DNA of 64,000 bases from assembly GCA_003695705.1 (NCBI GenBank), contig RFHU01000219.1:15825-79824 (forward strand). The letters are read 5' to 3'. Both the position numbers and the translations under genes were made by a program. Source of the DNA: Planctomycetota bacterium (lineage in GTDB: Bacteria; Planctomycetota; J058). This document shows, in pieces, positions 25,495 through 34,859 of the stretch. Within the stretch, counting starts at the first letter, position 1. Each line of letters begins with the position of its first letter. The notes under the pieces were generated by a model that saw nothing but the letters and a program-made list of their open reading frames with translations, made no database searches and was not told the origin of the DNA.

Positions 25495-25522
25495 AGGATA
25501 GATGTTCTTGCGAAAATGTCAA
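25495..25522 (-). promoter_or_regulatory. Sigma70-like promoter TTGACA-N16-TATCCT for paralog B, in a local AT-rich patch
   Basis: On the minus strand the -35 TTGACA is at 25517-25522 and the -10 TATCCT at 25495-25500, with a 16-nt spacer. This lies about 50 nt upstream of the TTG start. Surrounding DNA is otherwise very GC-rich. Confidence 0.4.
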
Positions 25523-25660
25523 GCTCCTGCCGGTGGGCCGCGGGGGCATTCGGTGGGGTTGTGACACAAGCGGTACAGTGCCACTGGGAGGGGACTGCGG
25601 CGGGCCTCGCTTGCGCTTTTCGCAACGAGACGCACCCCGGTCGTCCGAGCGCGGGTTCGC

Positions 25661-26674
25661 TCAACGGAGGAAGATCTGCACGTGGGCGCGCCGACGCTGC
25701 TCGGCGATCCAGGCGTCGAGGCGTTGTCGCCAGATGCCTTCCTTGAGTTCGGCTTCGATGGCCTCTTGGACTTCGGCGAGGGGCAAGAGGCCGGGCGGTC
25801 GGCGGGAGAGGACCTTGACGACGTGCAGCGAGCCCCGTGGGCTCTCGAGCACCTCGCTGACCTCGCCCACGCCGAGTTGCCGCACCGCCCGAGGGAGTGG
25901 CGGGACGAGGACGTCTTCGAGGCGCGTGTCGGTGTCGTAGCGTTCGTCCTCGTCCCAGTGCACCCCCATGGAGGTCTGCTCGGCGAGCGCGCGGAAGTCT
26001 TCGCCCGCCAGCGCGCGGCGACGCAGGTCTTCGGCCACCTTGCGCGCGTCCCACGCGTGCAGGGCTTTGGCGAGCCCGGGCGGGTCGCTCCGGTAGGCCT
26101 GGGAGGGGTCTGGGTAGAGCACGATCTGGCGCAGCCGGAGCTCACCCTTGGTGCGGAAGCGCTCCGGGTGGGCGCGGTAGTAGCGGCGAACCTCGGTGGG
26201 GGTGACGAAGATGTCGCGGCTGATGCTCTTGACGAGCAGCTTGCCGACCAAGATGTTCGCCTTCTGGCGCTCGACGAAGTAGTCGAAGGGAACGCCCAGC
26301 GTCGCTAGGTCCGCGCGCAGCCCTTCCACCCCTCGCGCGTCCCGCGCCCTCCGCTCGAGCTCCCACTGCAAGCGGGCCTCGTCGTTCTTGGTGAACTCGA
26401 TCTTCTCCTGCTTCGCACGCGCGAGGAGGACCTGCTGGCGGACGAGTTGTTCGAGCTCGTCGGCGAGGATGGCCCGCCGCTGGGCTTCGGTCTGCGCGCG
26501 CCGGTAGTCCGAGCGGAGCTGACAGGAAAGCTCCAGGGCGTGCCGCGTGATGGGTTCGCCTTCCACCACGGCGGCGATGCCGTCGGGATACTCGCGCGGC
26601 GACTCCTGGGCGAAGGCGCCCGCGGCGAGCAGGCCCACGCCGGCGAGCAGCAAAGGGCGGAGCGGAACGCTCAT
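25661..26674 (-). CDS. SurA/PrsA-family periplasmic chaperone / parvulin-type peptidyl-prolyl isomerase
   Basis: The signal peptide is LLLAGVGLLAAGAFAQE. A SurA_N-like helical domain is followed by a parvulin-like block (GELRLRQIVLY...DFRALAEQTS). Confidence 0.65.
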   Translation of the reverse strand: MSVPLRPLLLAGVGLLAAGAFAQESPREYPDGIAAVVEGEPITRHALELSCQLRSDYRRAQTEAQRRAILADELEQLVRQQVLLARAKQEKIEFTKNDEARLQWELERRARDARGVEGLRADLATLGVPFDYFVERQKANILVGKLLVKSISRDIFVTPTEVRRYYRAHPERFRTKGELRLRQIVLYPDPSQAYRSDPPGLAKALHAWDARKVAEDLRRRALAGEDFRALAEQTSMGVHWDEDERYDTDTRLEDVLVPPLPRAVRQLGVGEVSEVLESPRGSLHVVKVLSRRPPGLLPLAEVQEAIEAELKEGIWRQRLDAWIAEQRRRAHVQIFLR

Positions 26675-26823
26675 GCCGAAAAGCTAACTCCTCGGAGGGC
26701 TGTGGGAAACCGAGACCCGCGGCTCGACGCACCCGATCGCCCCAGGCGTCCACGAGGATTCCACAACCAGTTGAAAGCAAAGGAGCTGGAAGCGCGTCGG
26801 CCTGCTGGACTAGGATCTCGCGC

Positions 26824-29800
26824 ATGAGCCTGAAGCCGAGCGATTTCGTCCACCTCCACGTGCACTCCGACTACAGCCTCCTCGACGGCATGGCCAAGGT
26901 GAGCCGCCTGGCCTCGCGGGCGAAGGAGTGCGGCCAGACCGCGCTGGCCCTGACCGATCACGGGACGGTCTCGGGGGCGATGGCCTTCTACAAGGAGTGC
27001 AAGAAGAACGAGATCAAGCCGATCCTGGGTTGCGAGATCTACCTCTCGCGCGGGCCGATGCGCGAGCGGCGCAAGGGCTACAACCACCTCACGGTCCTCG
27101 CCAAGAACCAGCGCGGCTGGGAGAACCTGCGTAGGATCAGTTCGCTGGCCAACCTTGAGGGCTTCTACTATCGCCCGCGCGTGGACTTCGAGACCCTCGC
27201 CGCGAACAGCGAAGGCCTGGTGGTCCTCTCGGGCTGCCTCAAGGGTCCGGTCCCGGTGCTCCTGCAGCAGGACAAGTTCGAGGAGGCGCGCGCCGAGGCC
27301 GGCCGCTTCCGCGAGGTCTTCGGCGAAGACTTCTACCTCGAGGTGCAGCCCAACTCGCTCGCCGAGCAGGCCGTCGTCAACGACGGCTGCCTGCGGATCA
27401 TGAACGACCTGAGCATTCGGGCGGTCGCGACCTGCGACCTGCACTACATCGATCCCGCCGATGCTCCGGCGCAGGAAGTCCGCATTTGCATCAAGTCGGG
27501 GAAGACCCTCTCCGACAAGAACCGGCTGAAGATGAAGGACGACTTCTTCTTCCGCAGTTCCGAGCAGATGATCGACGCCTTCCGCCACTGCCCCGACGTC
27601 ATCACGGCCAGTCGAGACATCGCGGCTTGCGTCGAGGACTACGACCTGCTCCCCGGCAACCGCAACGAATACTACCTGCCGCGCTTCCAGACCCCCGACG
27701 GCAGCGACCCCGAGGCCTACTTCGACCGCATGTGCGAGCAGGGACTGCGCGAACGCTACGGAGAGCCCACCGCGGCCCAGCGCGAACGCCTCGAATACGA
27801 GAAGGGGGTCATCCGCAAACTCGGCTTCACCACCTACTTCCTCATCGTGGCCGACTTCATCGCGTGGGCGCGGGCCAACGGCTGCCCGGTCGGTCCCGGT
27901 CGCGGCTCCGCTGCGGGCTCGATCGTCGCCTACTGCCTGCGGATCACCGACATCGATCCGCTCCGCTACGACCTCCTCTTCGAGCGCTTCCTCAACCCCT
28001 CGCGTGTTTCCATGCCCGACATCGACGTCGACTTCTGCGAAGCCAACCGCGGGAGGGTCATCGAGTACGTGCGCAAGAAGTACGGCGAGGAGAACGTTTG
28101 TCAGATCGTCACCTTCGGGACCCTCAAGCCGAAGGCCGTGGTCAAGGACGTCGGCCGCGTGCTCGAAATCCCCTACGGGACCGTAGACAAGATCAGCAAG
28201 CTCATCCCCGAGGGGCCCAAGCTCAAGTCCCTCGAGCAAGCCTTTGCGGAGAGTCCGGAACTCGCCGCCCTCCGCGACGACCCCGCCTACCGAAAGCTCT
28301 TCGACTACGCCCTCCGGCTCGAGGGGATCAACCGCCACGAAGGAAAGCATGCCGCCGGCGTAGTGATCTCGGACATCGATCTCCTCGAGCGCATTCCCCT
28401 CACTCAGGTCAAGGGCGACAAGACCACGCAGTTCACCATGACCGAGGTCGAAGAGGCCGGCCTCCTCAAGATGGACTTCCTCGGGCTCCGAACCCTGACC
28501 CTCATCGAGGAGGCCCTTCGCCTGCTGCGCAAACGAGGCGTCGAGCTCGACATGAGCTCTCTGCCCCTCGACGACGCCGAGACCTTCGCCATGCTCTCCC
28601 GCGGCGACTCGCGCGGGGTGTTCCAGCTCGAGTCGAGCGGTTTTCGCAAACTGCTCAAGAAGGCCAAGCCCGATCGCTTCGAAGACATCATCGCCCTCAT
28701 CGCCCTCTATCGTCCGGGCCCACTCGGCTCCGGAATGGACGAGCAGTACATCAACCGCAAGCACGGGCGCGAACCCGTGACCTACCTGACCGATCTGCTC
28801 GCGCCGATCCTCGACGAGACCTACGGCTGCATCCTCTACCAAGAGCAGGTGATGCGGATCGCCAACCAGATCGCGGGGTTGTCGATGAGCGACGCCGACA
28901 ACCTGCGCAAGGCGATGGGCAAGAAGAAGATCGACCTGATGAACAAGTACAAGCCCATGTTCATCGAGGGCTTCGTGGCCAAGGGCGTGGACGCGAAGAT
29001 TGCGGAAGAGGTGTGGAGCCAGATCGCTTTCTTCGCCGAATACGGATTCAACAAGTCCCACTCGGCGGCCTACGGGCTGGTCACCTACCAGACGGCCTAC
29101 CTCAAGGCGCACCACCCGGCCGAATTCATGGCCGCCACCCTGACTTCCTGGATCAGCGACACCGACAAGATCCTCGAATACGCCGCCGAGATCGAGCGCA
29201 TGGGCCTCACCCTGCGTCCGCCCAACATCAACGAGAGCGACGTGACCTTCGACGTGCGCGACGGTGAGATCGTCTACGGTCTGGGCGCGATCAAGGGTCT
29301 CGGAGAAGGCGCTGCGCGCGCGATCGTAGAGACCCGCGAGAGCTTGGAGGGCAAGGCCTTTCGCTCCCTGTTCCACTTTGCCGAGGAGGTCGACTCCAAG
29401 GTCCTCAACCGCACGGCCTGCGAGGCCCTCATCAAGGCCGGCGCCTTCGACGCGCTTGGCTTCCGCCGCAGTCAGCTCGCTGCGGCTCTCGAGACGGCCT
29501 TGCAGATGGGGGTCCAGGCACAAAAGGACAAGCTCTCCAATCAAGTAAGCCTGTTCGCCGACCTCTCCGCACAGAACGAGGACCTCGACGGCATCGAGCG
29601 CGACCTGCTCCCAGACATTCCCGAGTGGCGCGACGCCGACCTCCTCAGCTACGAGAAGGAGGCGCTGGGCTTCTACCTGACCCGGCACCCCCTCGACGCC
29701 CACCGAGAGGCCCTCGCGCGCTTCGCCTCCCACGAGATCGGCAAACTGAGCGAGGAGAAGAACAAGGGTGAGGTCACCGTAGGGGGGTTGGTGGCCGCTG

Positions 29801-30282
29801 TGCGGCACCACCTGACCAAGAAGGGTCAGCAGATGGCCTTCGTCACCCTGGAGGACTTCACCGGCGCGTGCGACGCGGTGGTCTTCCCCAGCGTCTACGC
29901 CGAGGTCCGCGAACTCCTCGTTCCCGAGTCCGTCGTGTTCGTGCAGGGGAAGGTAGATACGGAACGCGAGCCCCCATCGGTTCTGGTGGACAAGGTCCTC
30001 CCCCTCGAGCGTGCTGAGGGCAACCTGCGGGTGTCGGTCTCCGCGGAGTTGATCGTGGAGGAGACCACGGAGGCCATGATTCGCGAGCTGCGCGAGGTCC
30101 TGCTCCGAAACCGTGGCGCCGACACCTTCTACTACACCTTCACCCGCGCGCGTGACCAGGCCCGCACGCCTCTGTTCCGGGTCGGTTCGCATCTCCGCGT
30201 AGCCGGAACCGAGCGCCTGCGCGAAGAGTTGCTCGCGGTCCTCGGGCCCTCGGCGCGGGTGCGCATCGGCGCTCGCCTCTGA
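26824..30282 (+). CDS. dnaE: DNA polymerase III alpha subunit
   Basis: The N-terminal PHP domain begins VHLHVHSDYSLLDG. The protein is 1152 aa with conserved polymerase core blocks. Confidence 0.95.
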   Translation: MSLKPSDFVHLHVHSDYSLLDGMAKVSRLASRAKECGQTALALTDHGTVSGAMAFYKECKKNEIKPILGCEIYLSRGPMRERRKGYNHLTVLAKNQRGWENLRRISSLANLEGFYYRPRVDFETLAANSEGLVVLSGCLKGPVPVLLQQDKFEEARAEAGRFREVFGEDFYLEVQPNSLAEQAVVNDGCLRIMNDLSIRAVATCDLHYIDPADAPAQEVRICIKSGKTLSDKNRLKMKDDFFFRSSEQMIDAFRHCPDVITASRDIAACVEDYDLLPGNRNEYYLPRFQTPDGSDPEAYFDRMCEQGLRERYGEPTAAQRERLEYEKGVIRKLGFTTYFLIVADFIAWARANGCPVGPGRGSAAGSIVAYCLRITDIDPLRYDLLFERFLNPSRVSMPDIDVDFCEANRGRVIEYVRKKYGEENVCQIVTFGTLKPKAVVKDVGRVLEIPYGTVDKISKLIPEGPKLKSLEQAFAESPELAALRDDPAYRKLFDYALRLEGINRHEGKHAAGVVISDIDLLERIPLTQVKGDKTTQFTMTEVEEAGLLKMDFLGLRTLTLIEEALRLLRKRGVELDMSSLPLDDAETFAMLSRGDSRGVFQLESSGFRKLLKKAKPDRFEDIIALIALYRPGPLGSGMDEQYINRKHGREPVTYLTDLLAPILDETYGCILYQEQVMRIANQIAGLSMSDADNLRKAMGKKKIDLMNKYKPMFIEGFVAKGVDAKIAEEVWSQIAFFAEYGFNKSHSAAYGLVTYQTAYLKAHHPAEFMAATLTSWISDTDKILEYAAEIERMGLTLRPPNINESDVTFDVRDGEIVYGLGAIKGLGEGAARAIVETRESLEGKAFRSLFHFAEEVDSKVLNRTACEALIKAGAFDALGFRRSQLAAALETALQMGVQAQKDKLSNQVSLFADLSAQNEDLDGIERDLLPDIPEWRDADLLSYEKEALGFYLTRHPLDAHREALARFASHEIGKLSEEKNKGEVTVGGLVAAVRHHLTKKGQQMAFVTLEDFTGACDAVVFPSVYAEVRELLVPESVVFVQGKVDTEREPPSVLVDKVLPLERAEGNLRVSVSAELIVEETTEAMIRELREVLLRNRGADTFYYTFTRARDQARTPLFRVGSHLRVAGTERLREELLAVLGPSARVRIGARL

Positions 30283-30468
30283 GGGCGCTCTGTCGTTCTT
30301 GCGTGGCGGGCGGCTCGATTCCGTTCTCGGAGGCGACGGGTACGGCGCGTTGCTCCCCGAGGAGGTGGCTGCGGTGGAGGGGCGGCGGGCGCAGCGTTCC
30401 GCCGGCCCCGGAGGCAGGCGATCGAAGGTGCACGGGGGGGGCGAAGCCGACGGGAGCGCAGCGGCGGC

Positions 30469-31572
30469 TCAGGTCCAGAGGACACCGCGCTTCACCGGCG
30501 GCGTTGGCCGCTTGGGAGGCGGTGGGTCGCGCTCGAGGCGTTCGAGTACCGCCCGGACGACCAGCGGCCAGGCGATGGTGGCATCCGCCGGAACCTCCGC
30601 GGTCAAGCCGCCTTCTTCGGCGGGGACGAACTTTCCCCAGGAGACGCCCTCGCGGTAGGTGCAGCCCGACAGGCCACCCCAGTGCACGGGTTCGGGGCAG
30701 ATTCGCACTCCGTAGTGGAAGCGCCGTGCGGCGGGCGTGGCAACGAGTCCGCGCGCGTGCAGGAGTTCGACCATGGGGCCGATCTCCTGGGCCCAGTTGC
30801 GCGGGACGCCTCCGCCGATGGTGAAGACGCCCAGCTTGTGGGCGGCGCAACCGAGCGCCATGTAGTACTCGAGGTCGAGGTAGGGGTCGAAGGGGTGCGG
30901 CGGAAAGCCATCCCGCCGACGCTCCCGGTTGTAGAGGGCGAGGTCGAGCCCGAGCTCCGAGTCGGTGAAGGCCGGTGCAAACACGGGGACCTTCTTCTGG
31001 TAGGCGCTCTGCAGGATCCCCCGGCCCGGGCGATGTTCGAGGAGCCAGGCGCCGATGAGTTCGTGGATTCGGCTGGAGCAGAGGACCTCGCCCGGGTCGA
31101 CCTCGGCGAGCACCGCGCGCAAGATCGCCTCGCAGTCGTCGAGGTTGGCTTCCAACTCGAGGGTGTCGTAGACCCGGTTGTAGCCGTCGCGGTAGTTGTC
31201 CAGGTCGCTGCGGCGTGGGTCGTGCTTGAAATGCAGGTTCCCGGCGCCCTCGATCAGGCCGTGAGCTACTAGGGCCCCGGTGGAGACGATCACTTGCACC
31301 ATGCCACGGTCGATCATTTCGCTGATGACCAGACCCATTTTGGCGATGGTCATTGCCCCCGAGAGGGTCAAGACGACGGTGCAGTCCGGATCGCGGACCA
31401 TGGCCTCGAGCACGTCCGCCGCCTCGCCGGTCTTGCGACCGCCGAACGAGGTGCGCGCCATGGCCCGCACGAGCGCGTCCACCGACTCGCAAGCGGCCAC
31501 GTCGAGCGGCTGAAGGGGTTCGAGCCCGTCCTGGTGCCCGTCGTGGTATCTCCCCTGCTCGCGGACTTCCAT
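30469..31572 (-). CDS. Deoxyhypusine synthase-like (homospermidine-synthase-like) protein
   Basis: It is 367 aa with DHS-family blocks (VVLTLSGAMTIAKMGLV, VIVSTGALVAHGLIE, FTIGGGVPRNW). The start was trimmed from the 490-aa track ORF to the ATG at 31572. Confidence 0.7.
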   Translation of the reverse strand: MEVREQGRYHDGHQDGLEPLQPLDVAACESVDALVRAMARTSFGGRKTGEAADVLEAMVRDPDCTVVLTLSGAMTIAKMGLVISEMIDRGMVQVIVSTGALVAHGLIEGAGNLHFKHDPRRSDLDNYRDGYNRVYDTLELEANLDDCEAILRAVLAEVDPGEVLCSSRIHELIGAWLLEHRPGRGILQSAYQKKVPVFAPAFTDSELGLDLALYNRERRRDGFPPHPFDPYLDLEYYMALGCAAHKLGVFTIGGGVPRNWAQEIGPMVELLHARGLVATPAARRFHYGVRICPEPVHWGGLSGCTYREGVSWGKFVPAEEGGLTAEVPADATIAWPLVVRAVLERLERDPPPPKRPTPPVKRGVLWT

Positions 31573-31780
31573 GGGACCCAACCATAAGCCTCCACCCGAG
31601 AATGGCCAGCCCGCCCGAAGGAGCCTTCCCCGCCCTGGCGGACACGGAATGAGGCTCGCCGAGGCGTCCGGAGAACCGTAGACTGCGCCCCGCCGGTCGG
31701 GGTCTTCACGCTCCGACCGCTGCGTTCTCTTCCCTTCTCCTTCGCTCCCTCCATGCGCTGCCGCGCAGTTCGAACTTCTC

Positions 31781-32911
31781 GTGGACACCACCCCTCCAGC
31801 GTCTCCCACCCCTTCCTCCGCCCGCGAGCACACCGGAGCACGCAAGCGTCGCTGGAAACTCCGGCTTGCGGCCCTGCTCCTCGGTTGCGGACTGGCCTTC
31901 CTCGGTGGCGAGGTCACCGTGCGACTTGCCTTCGGCAGCATCGAGCCGCGCAGGCACTTCGAGCCCGGCGCCTACCGCGCCGACCCCGAGCTGGGCTGGG
32001 CGCTGCGGGCGAACTACCGCGGTCGCTGGAAGGAGAAGCTCTACGCGGTCCCGGTGGTGACCGACGAACACGGTTTCCGCATGCCCCCGGGGGCTTTCGA
32101 GCGCTATCGGACCGCGCCCCGCCGCGTCCTCGTGCTCGGAGACTCCATCACCTTCGGGCAAGGGGTCCGCGCGGAGGAAACCTATCCCACCCGCCTCGAG
32201 GCCTTGCTGCGCGCACAGGGCGTCGAGGCGAGCGTCCTCAACGCCGGCGTCCCCGGCTACGACACCGGGCAGGAGCGCCGTGTCCTCGAACGCTTGCTGG
32301 AGCAGGCCGCCCCCCACGCGGTCGTGCTCGGGTGGTACGCGAACGACGTCACGGTGGCGTCTCAAGACGTTCGCGAGCGGATCCGGGTGATCGACGGCCA
32401 CCTCGTCGACGACGAGGCTGCCTACCGGGTTTGGCGGCGCAAGATCGAGCACTCCTACCCGTGGGACAAGAGCGCCCTCATCCGTTGGACGAACGTCAAG
32501 CTCCGCAACTGGAGTTGGCGGCGCAAGACCTTGCGGAAGCGCGCGCGGCAGACTCGGGAGGCGCGCGTGATCGAGGAAAACCTCGCCGCCTGCCTCGAGG
32601 AGCTTGGACGCATCCGCGACGCGTGCCGTGCCCACGGCGCGCAACTCGTCGTCGCGCTCTTCGTACCCCTCGAACTCGTCACGGAGCCCGACATGCCGGC
32701 CCGCTTGTGGGAACGCGTGCGCGCCTTTTGCGAAGCAGAGCGGATCCCCGTGGTGGACCTGCGCGCGCCGTTCCAAGACGCAGCCCGCGCGAGCGGCGGG
32801 GCGGAGCGGCTCTACGTCTACGCAGACCGCTGCCACCCGAGCGCCGTGGGCCACCTGGCTGCGGCCGAGGCCCTGCTCCCCCTCGTGCGCGAAGCGCTGG
32901 CGACCCGCTGA
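31781..32911 (+). CDS. SGNH/GDSL-family hydrolase with an N-terminal membrane anchor
   Basis: GTG start. The TM helix is LAALLLGCGLAFLGG. The GDS-type block VLVLGDSITFG and a C-terminal DxxH-like motif (DRCHPSAVGH) are present. Confidence 0.6.
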   Translation: MDTTPPASPTPSSAREHTGARKRRWKLRLAALLLGCGLAFLGGEVTVRLAFGSIEPRRHFEPGAYRADPELGWALRANYRGRWKEKLYAVPVVTDEHGFRMPPGAFERYRTAPRRVLVLGDSITFGQGVRAEETYPTRLEALLRAQGVEASVLNAGVPGYDTGQERRVLERLLEQAAPHAVVLGWYANDVTVASQDVRERIRVIDGHLVDDEAAYRVWRRKIEHSYPWDKSALIRWTNVKLRNWSWRRKTLRKRARQTREARVIEENLAACLEELGRIRDACRAHGAQLVVALFVPLELVTEPDMPARLWERVRAFCEAERIPVVDLRAPFQDAARASGGAERLYVYADRCHPSAVGHLAAAEALLPLVREALATR

Positions 32912-32977
32912 GGCAAGTCGAGCCCCGCCTCGCCGCCCGCGCGAGGCGGAAGGGCGCCAGGTCTTGCGCGGAGTCGT

Positions 32978-34150
32978 TCAGCTGGGAAGGGGCGGGGGCG
33001 CTCCGCCCGGCAGCGGCGGAGGAGCAGCGGGCGGAGCGAACAAGGCAGCCAGCTCGGGGACGTCCTTGGCGGGAGTCCAGTTGGGCATGCCCGCACGCCA
33101 CACCAGGGTTTCCGGCCGCAGCCGTCCTTGGCCGAGGAGGCCCCGCAGGGCGTTGAGATCGAAGGGGCCTTGCTGCGCGCCGCCGATGGCCGCGTGGAAG
33201 GTCGTCGAGGCGGGCAAGGGCGGCGGAGCCACGGCGGTCGGAGCCGGTCCCGGCGGGGCGCCGTAGCCCGGTGCGGGTTGCGCGAACGCGGGTTGCATGG
33301 CCCCGGCCATCATTTGGGGCATCATCATGCCCATGCCCATGCCGAGGCCCGCGCCCATGACGCCGCCCGGCTGGCCGGGGTTCTTGGCGGCGTCTCCCAA
33401 GGCATTGGCGGCCATCATCTGCATGTAGCCGGCGCCGCCGGGGCCAATGCCCAGCGCGCCCATGGAAGAGCGCGCGTTGATGGCCTTCTTGACCTCTTCG
33501 GGGAGGCTGATGGACGAGACGATGAAGTCGTAGAGCTCGATGCCGTATTTCGAGAGGTCGTCGGCGCTGCGGGCCTTGAGCGCGACGCCGAGCTCGTCTC
33601 GCTTTGCCTGCAAGTCGAGGACGCTCTTGTCTGCCATGTACTCGGAGAGCAGGTCCGCGAAGCGTCCAACGAGGACGTCCTTGAACCAGCGCCCGATTTC
33701 GTCGGCGTCCTTGCGGTCTTCGCCGACCACCACGGTCTGCAGGAAGACCCCGGGGTTGGTAATGCGCACCGAATACTTGCCGAAGGCGCGCACGTTGACG
33801 TAGCCGAACTCCTTGTCGCGGAGGAGGATCGCTTCTTTGGTCCCCCACTTCAGGTCGCGGAAGGGCTTGAGGCTGACGAAGTAGACCGCCGACTGGAAGG
33901 GCGCGTCCTGATAGAGGAGGTTGAAGGCCCGCGAGAGGATGGGCACGTTTTCGGTGGTCAGCGTGTGGCTGCCCGCCCGCATCGTGTCCATGGCCTTGCC
34001 GTTGTGGTAGAAGACCGCCGCTTGGCCCTCCTGGACGATGACCCGGGCGCCGAGTTTGATCCTCCCCATGCCCTGCTCGGGGACGCGCTGGACCATGGTC
34101 CGACCGCCGCTGCGGTCTTCCCACTTGATGACTTCGAGGCGTTCGCTCAT
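32978..34150 (-). CDS. SPFH (band-7)-domain protein with a Gly/Met/Pro-rich linker and a C-terminal DUF4339/GYF-like domain
   Basis: An SPFH-like N-terminal 250 aa is followed by a low-complexity linker (GAGLGMGMGMMMPQMMAGAM). The C-terminus is FDLNALRGLLGQGRLRPETLVWRAGMPNWTPAKDVPEL. Confidence 0.65.
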   Translation of the reverse strand: MSERLEVIKWEDRSGGRTMVQRVPEQGMGRIKLGARVIVQEGQAAVFYHNGKAMDTMRAGSHTLTTENVPILSRAFNLLYQDAPFQSAVYFVSLKPFRDLKWGTKEAILLRDKEFGYVNVRAFGKYSVRITNPGVFLQTVVVGEDRKDADEIGRWFKDVLVGRFADLLSEYMADKSVLDLQAKRDELGVALKARSADDLSKYGIELYDFIVSSISLPEEVKKAINARSSMGALGIGPGGAGYMQMMAANALGDAAKNPGQPGGVMGAGLGMGMGMMMPQMMAGAMQPAFAQPAPGYGAPPGPAPTAVAPPPLPASTTFHAAIGGAQQGPFDLNALRGLLGQGRLRPETLVWRAGMPNWTPAKDVPELAALFAPPAAPPPLPGGAPPPLPS

Positions 34151-34153
34151 CGA

Positions 34154-34666
34154 TCAGGCACCCTTCTCGAGGATCTCTTCGCGCTTTGCGAAGTAATCGT
34201 CGATCTCGTTCACCAGCTTGGTGGCTTCCTTGACGATCTGCAGCGCGGTCGCCTTGTCGACGCTGCCGAGCTGGGAGATCTTCTTCTCCACCTCGCTCAC
34301 GCCGTCCGCAAGGCTCAGGTCGAACTTGTAGACCCGCTCCAGGGTTTCTTCGGTGACCTTGACGGCGTCGAAGAGGCCGGCCCAACCCCGATCGGCCGAG
34401 CGGATCTTCTGGGCGACGCCATCGAGGCGGTTGAGGAGCTTTTCGAAGGGGGTGATCCCGTCGATGTCTCCGCCGGCCACCAACTCTTCCAGGGCCTCCT
34501 TGACCTTCCCCTTCTGGGCGAAGAGCTTGTCCGCGCAGAAGTCGCGCTGGAGCTTGTCGGTGTCGCGGCGCAGCTCGCGCTCCATGTATCCCTTGAACCC
34601 TGGGATCTTGGCGACGAGACGCTCGAACAAGTTCCGCTGACCGACGGCTTTGTCGTGTAGATCCAT
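34154..34666 (-). CDS. Hypothetical helical protein (171 aa) encoded 3 nt upstream of the SPFH gene
   Basis: AAGGAGG lies 7 nt before the ATG at 34666. The product is acidic and K/E-rich and predicted helical. It forms an operon with the SPFH gene. Confidence 0.5.
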   Translation of the reverse strand: MDLHDKAVGQRNLFERLVAKIPGFKGYMERELRRDTDKLQRDFCADKLFAQKGKVKEALEELVAGGDIDGITPFEKLLNRLDGVAQKIRSADRGWAGLFDAVKVTEETLERVYKFDLSLADGVSEVEKKISQLGSVDKATALQIVKEATKLVNEIDDYFAKREEILEKGA

Positions 34667-34859
34667 TCGCGTCCCTCCTTGCGGCGCAGCGTCCTCGCTC
34701 ACTCTACGCGAAGGCTGCGGCCCGGGCCGTTCCACTTTTCGACGGCGTTCGGAACGCGAATGATACGCAGGCACGATGCCCGGGACAAGCCGGGTGCCTC
34801 TGCGACGGGTCCTTTCCCCGGTGCCGAGCACGGTCCGGAGCGGCCGCTACAATCGCCCT

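Noticed and set aside
30283-30345. tRNA-like signal after dnaE: a GGCTCGATTCC T-loop-like motif flanked by a 7-8-bp acceptor-like pairing (CCTCTGAG / CTCGGAGG)
   Set aside because: Only 21 nt separate the acceptor-like 5' strand from the T-arm. There is no room for D and anticodon arms. It is more likely a compound stem-loop acting as the dnaE terminator than a tRNA or att-site remnant. A tRNAscan/Aragorn run would settle it.
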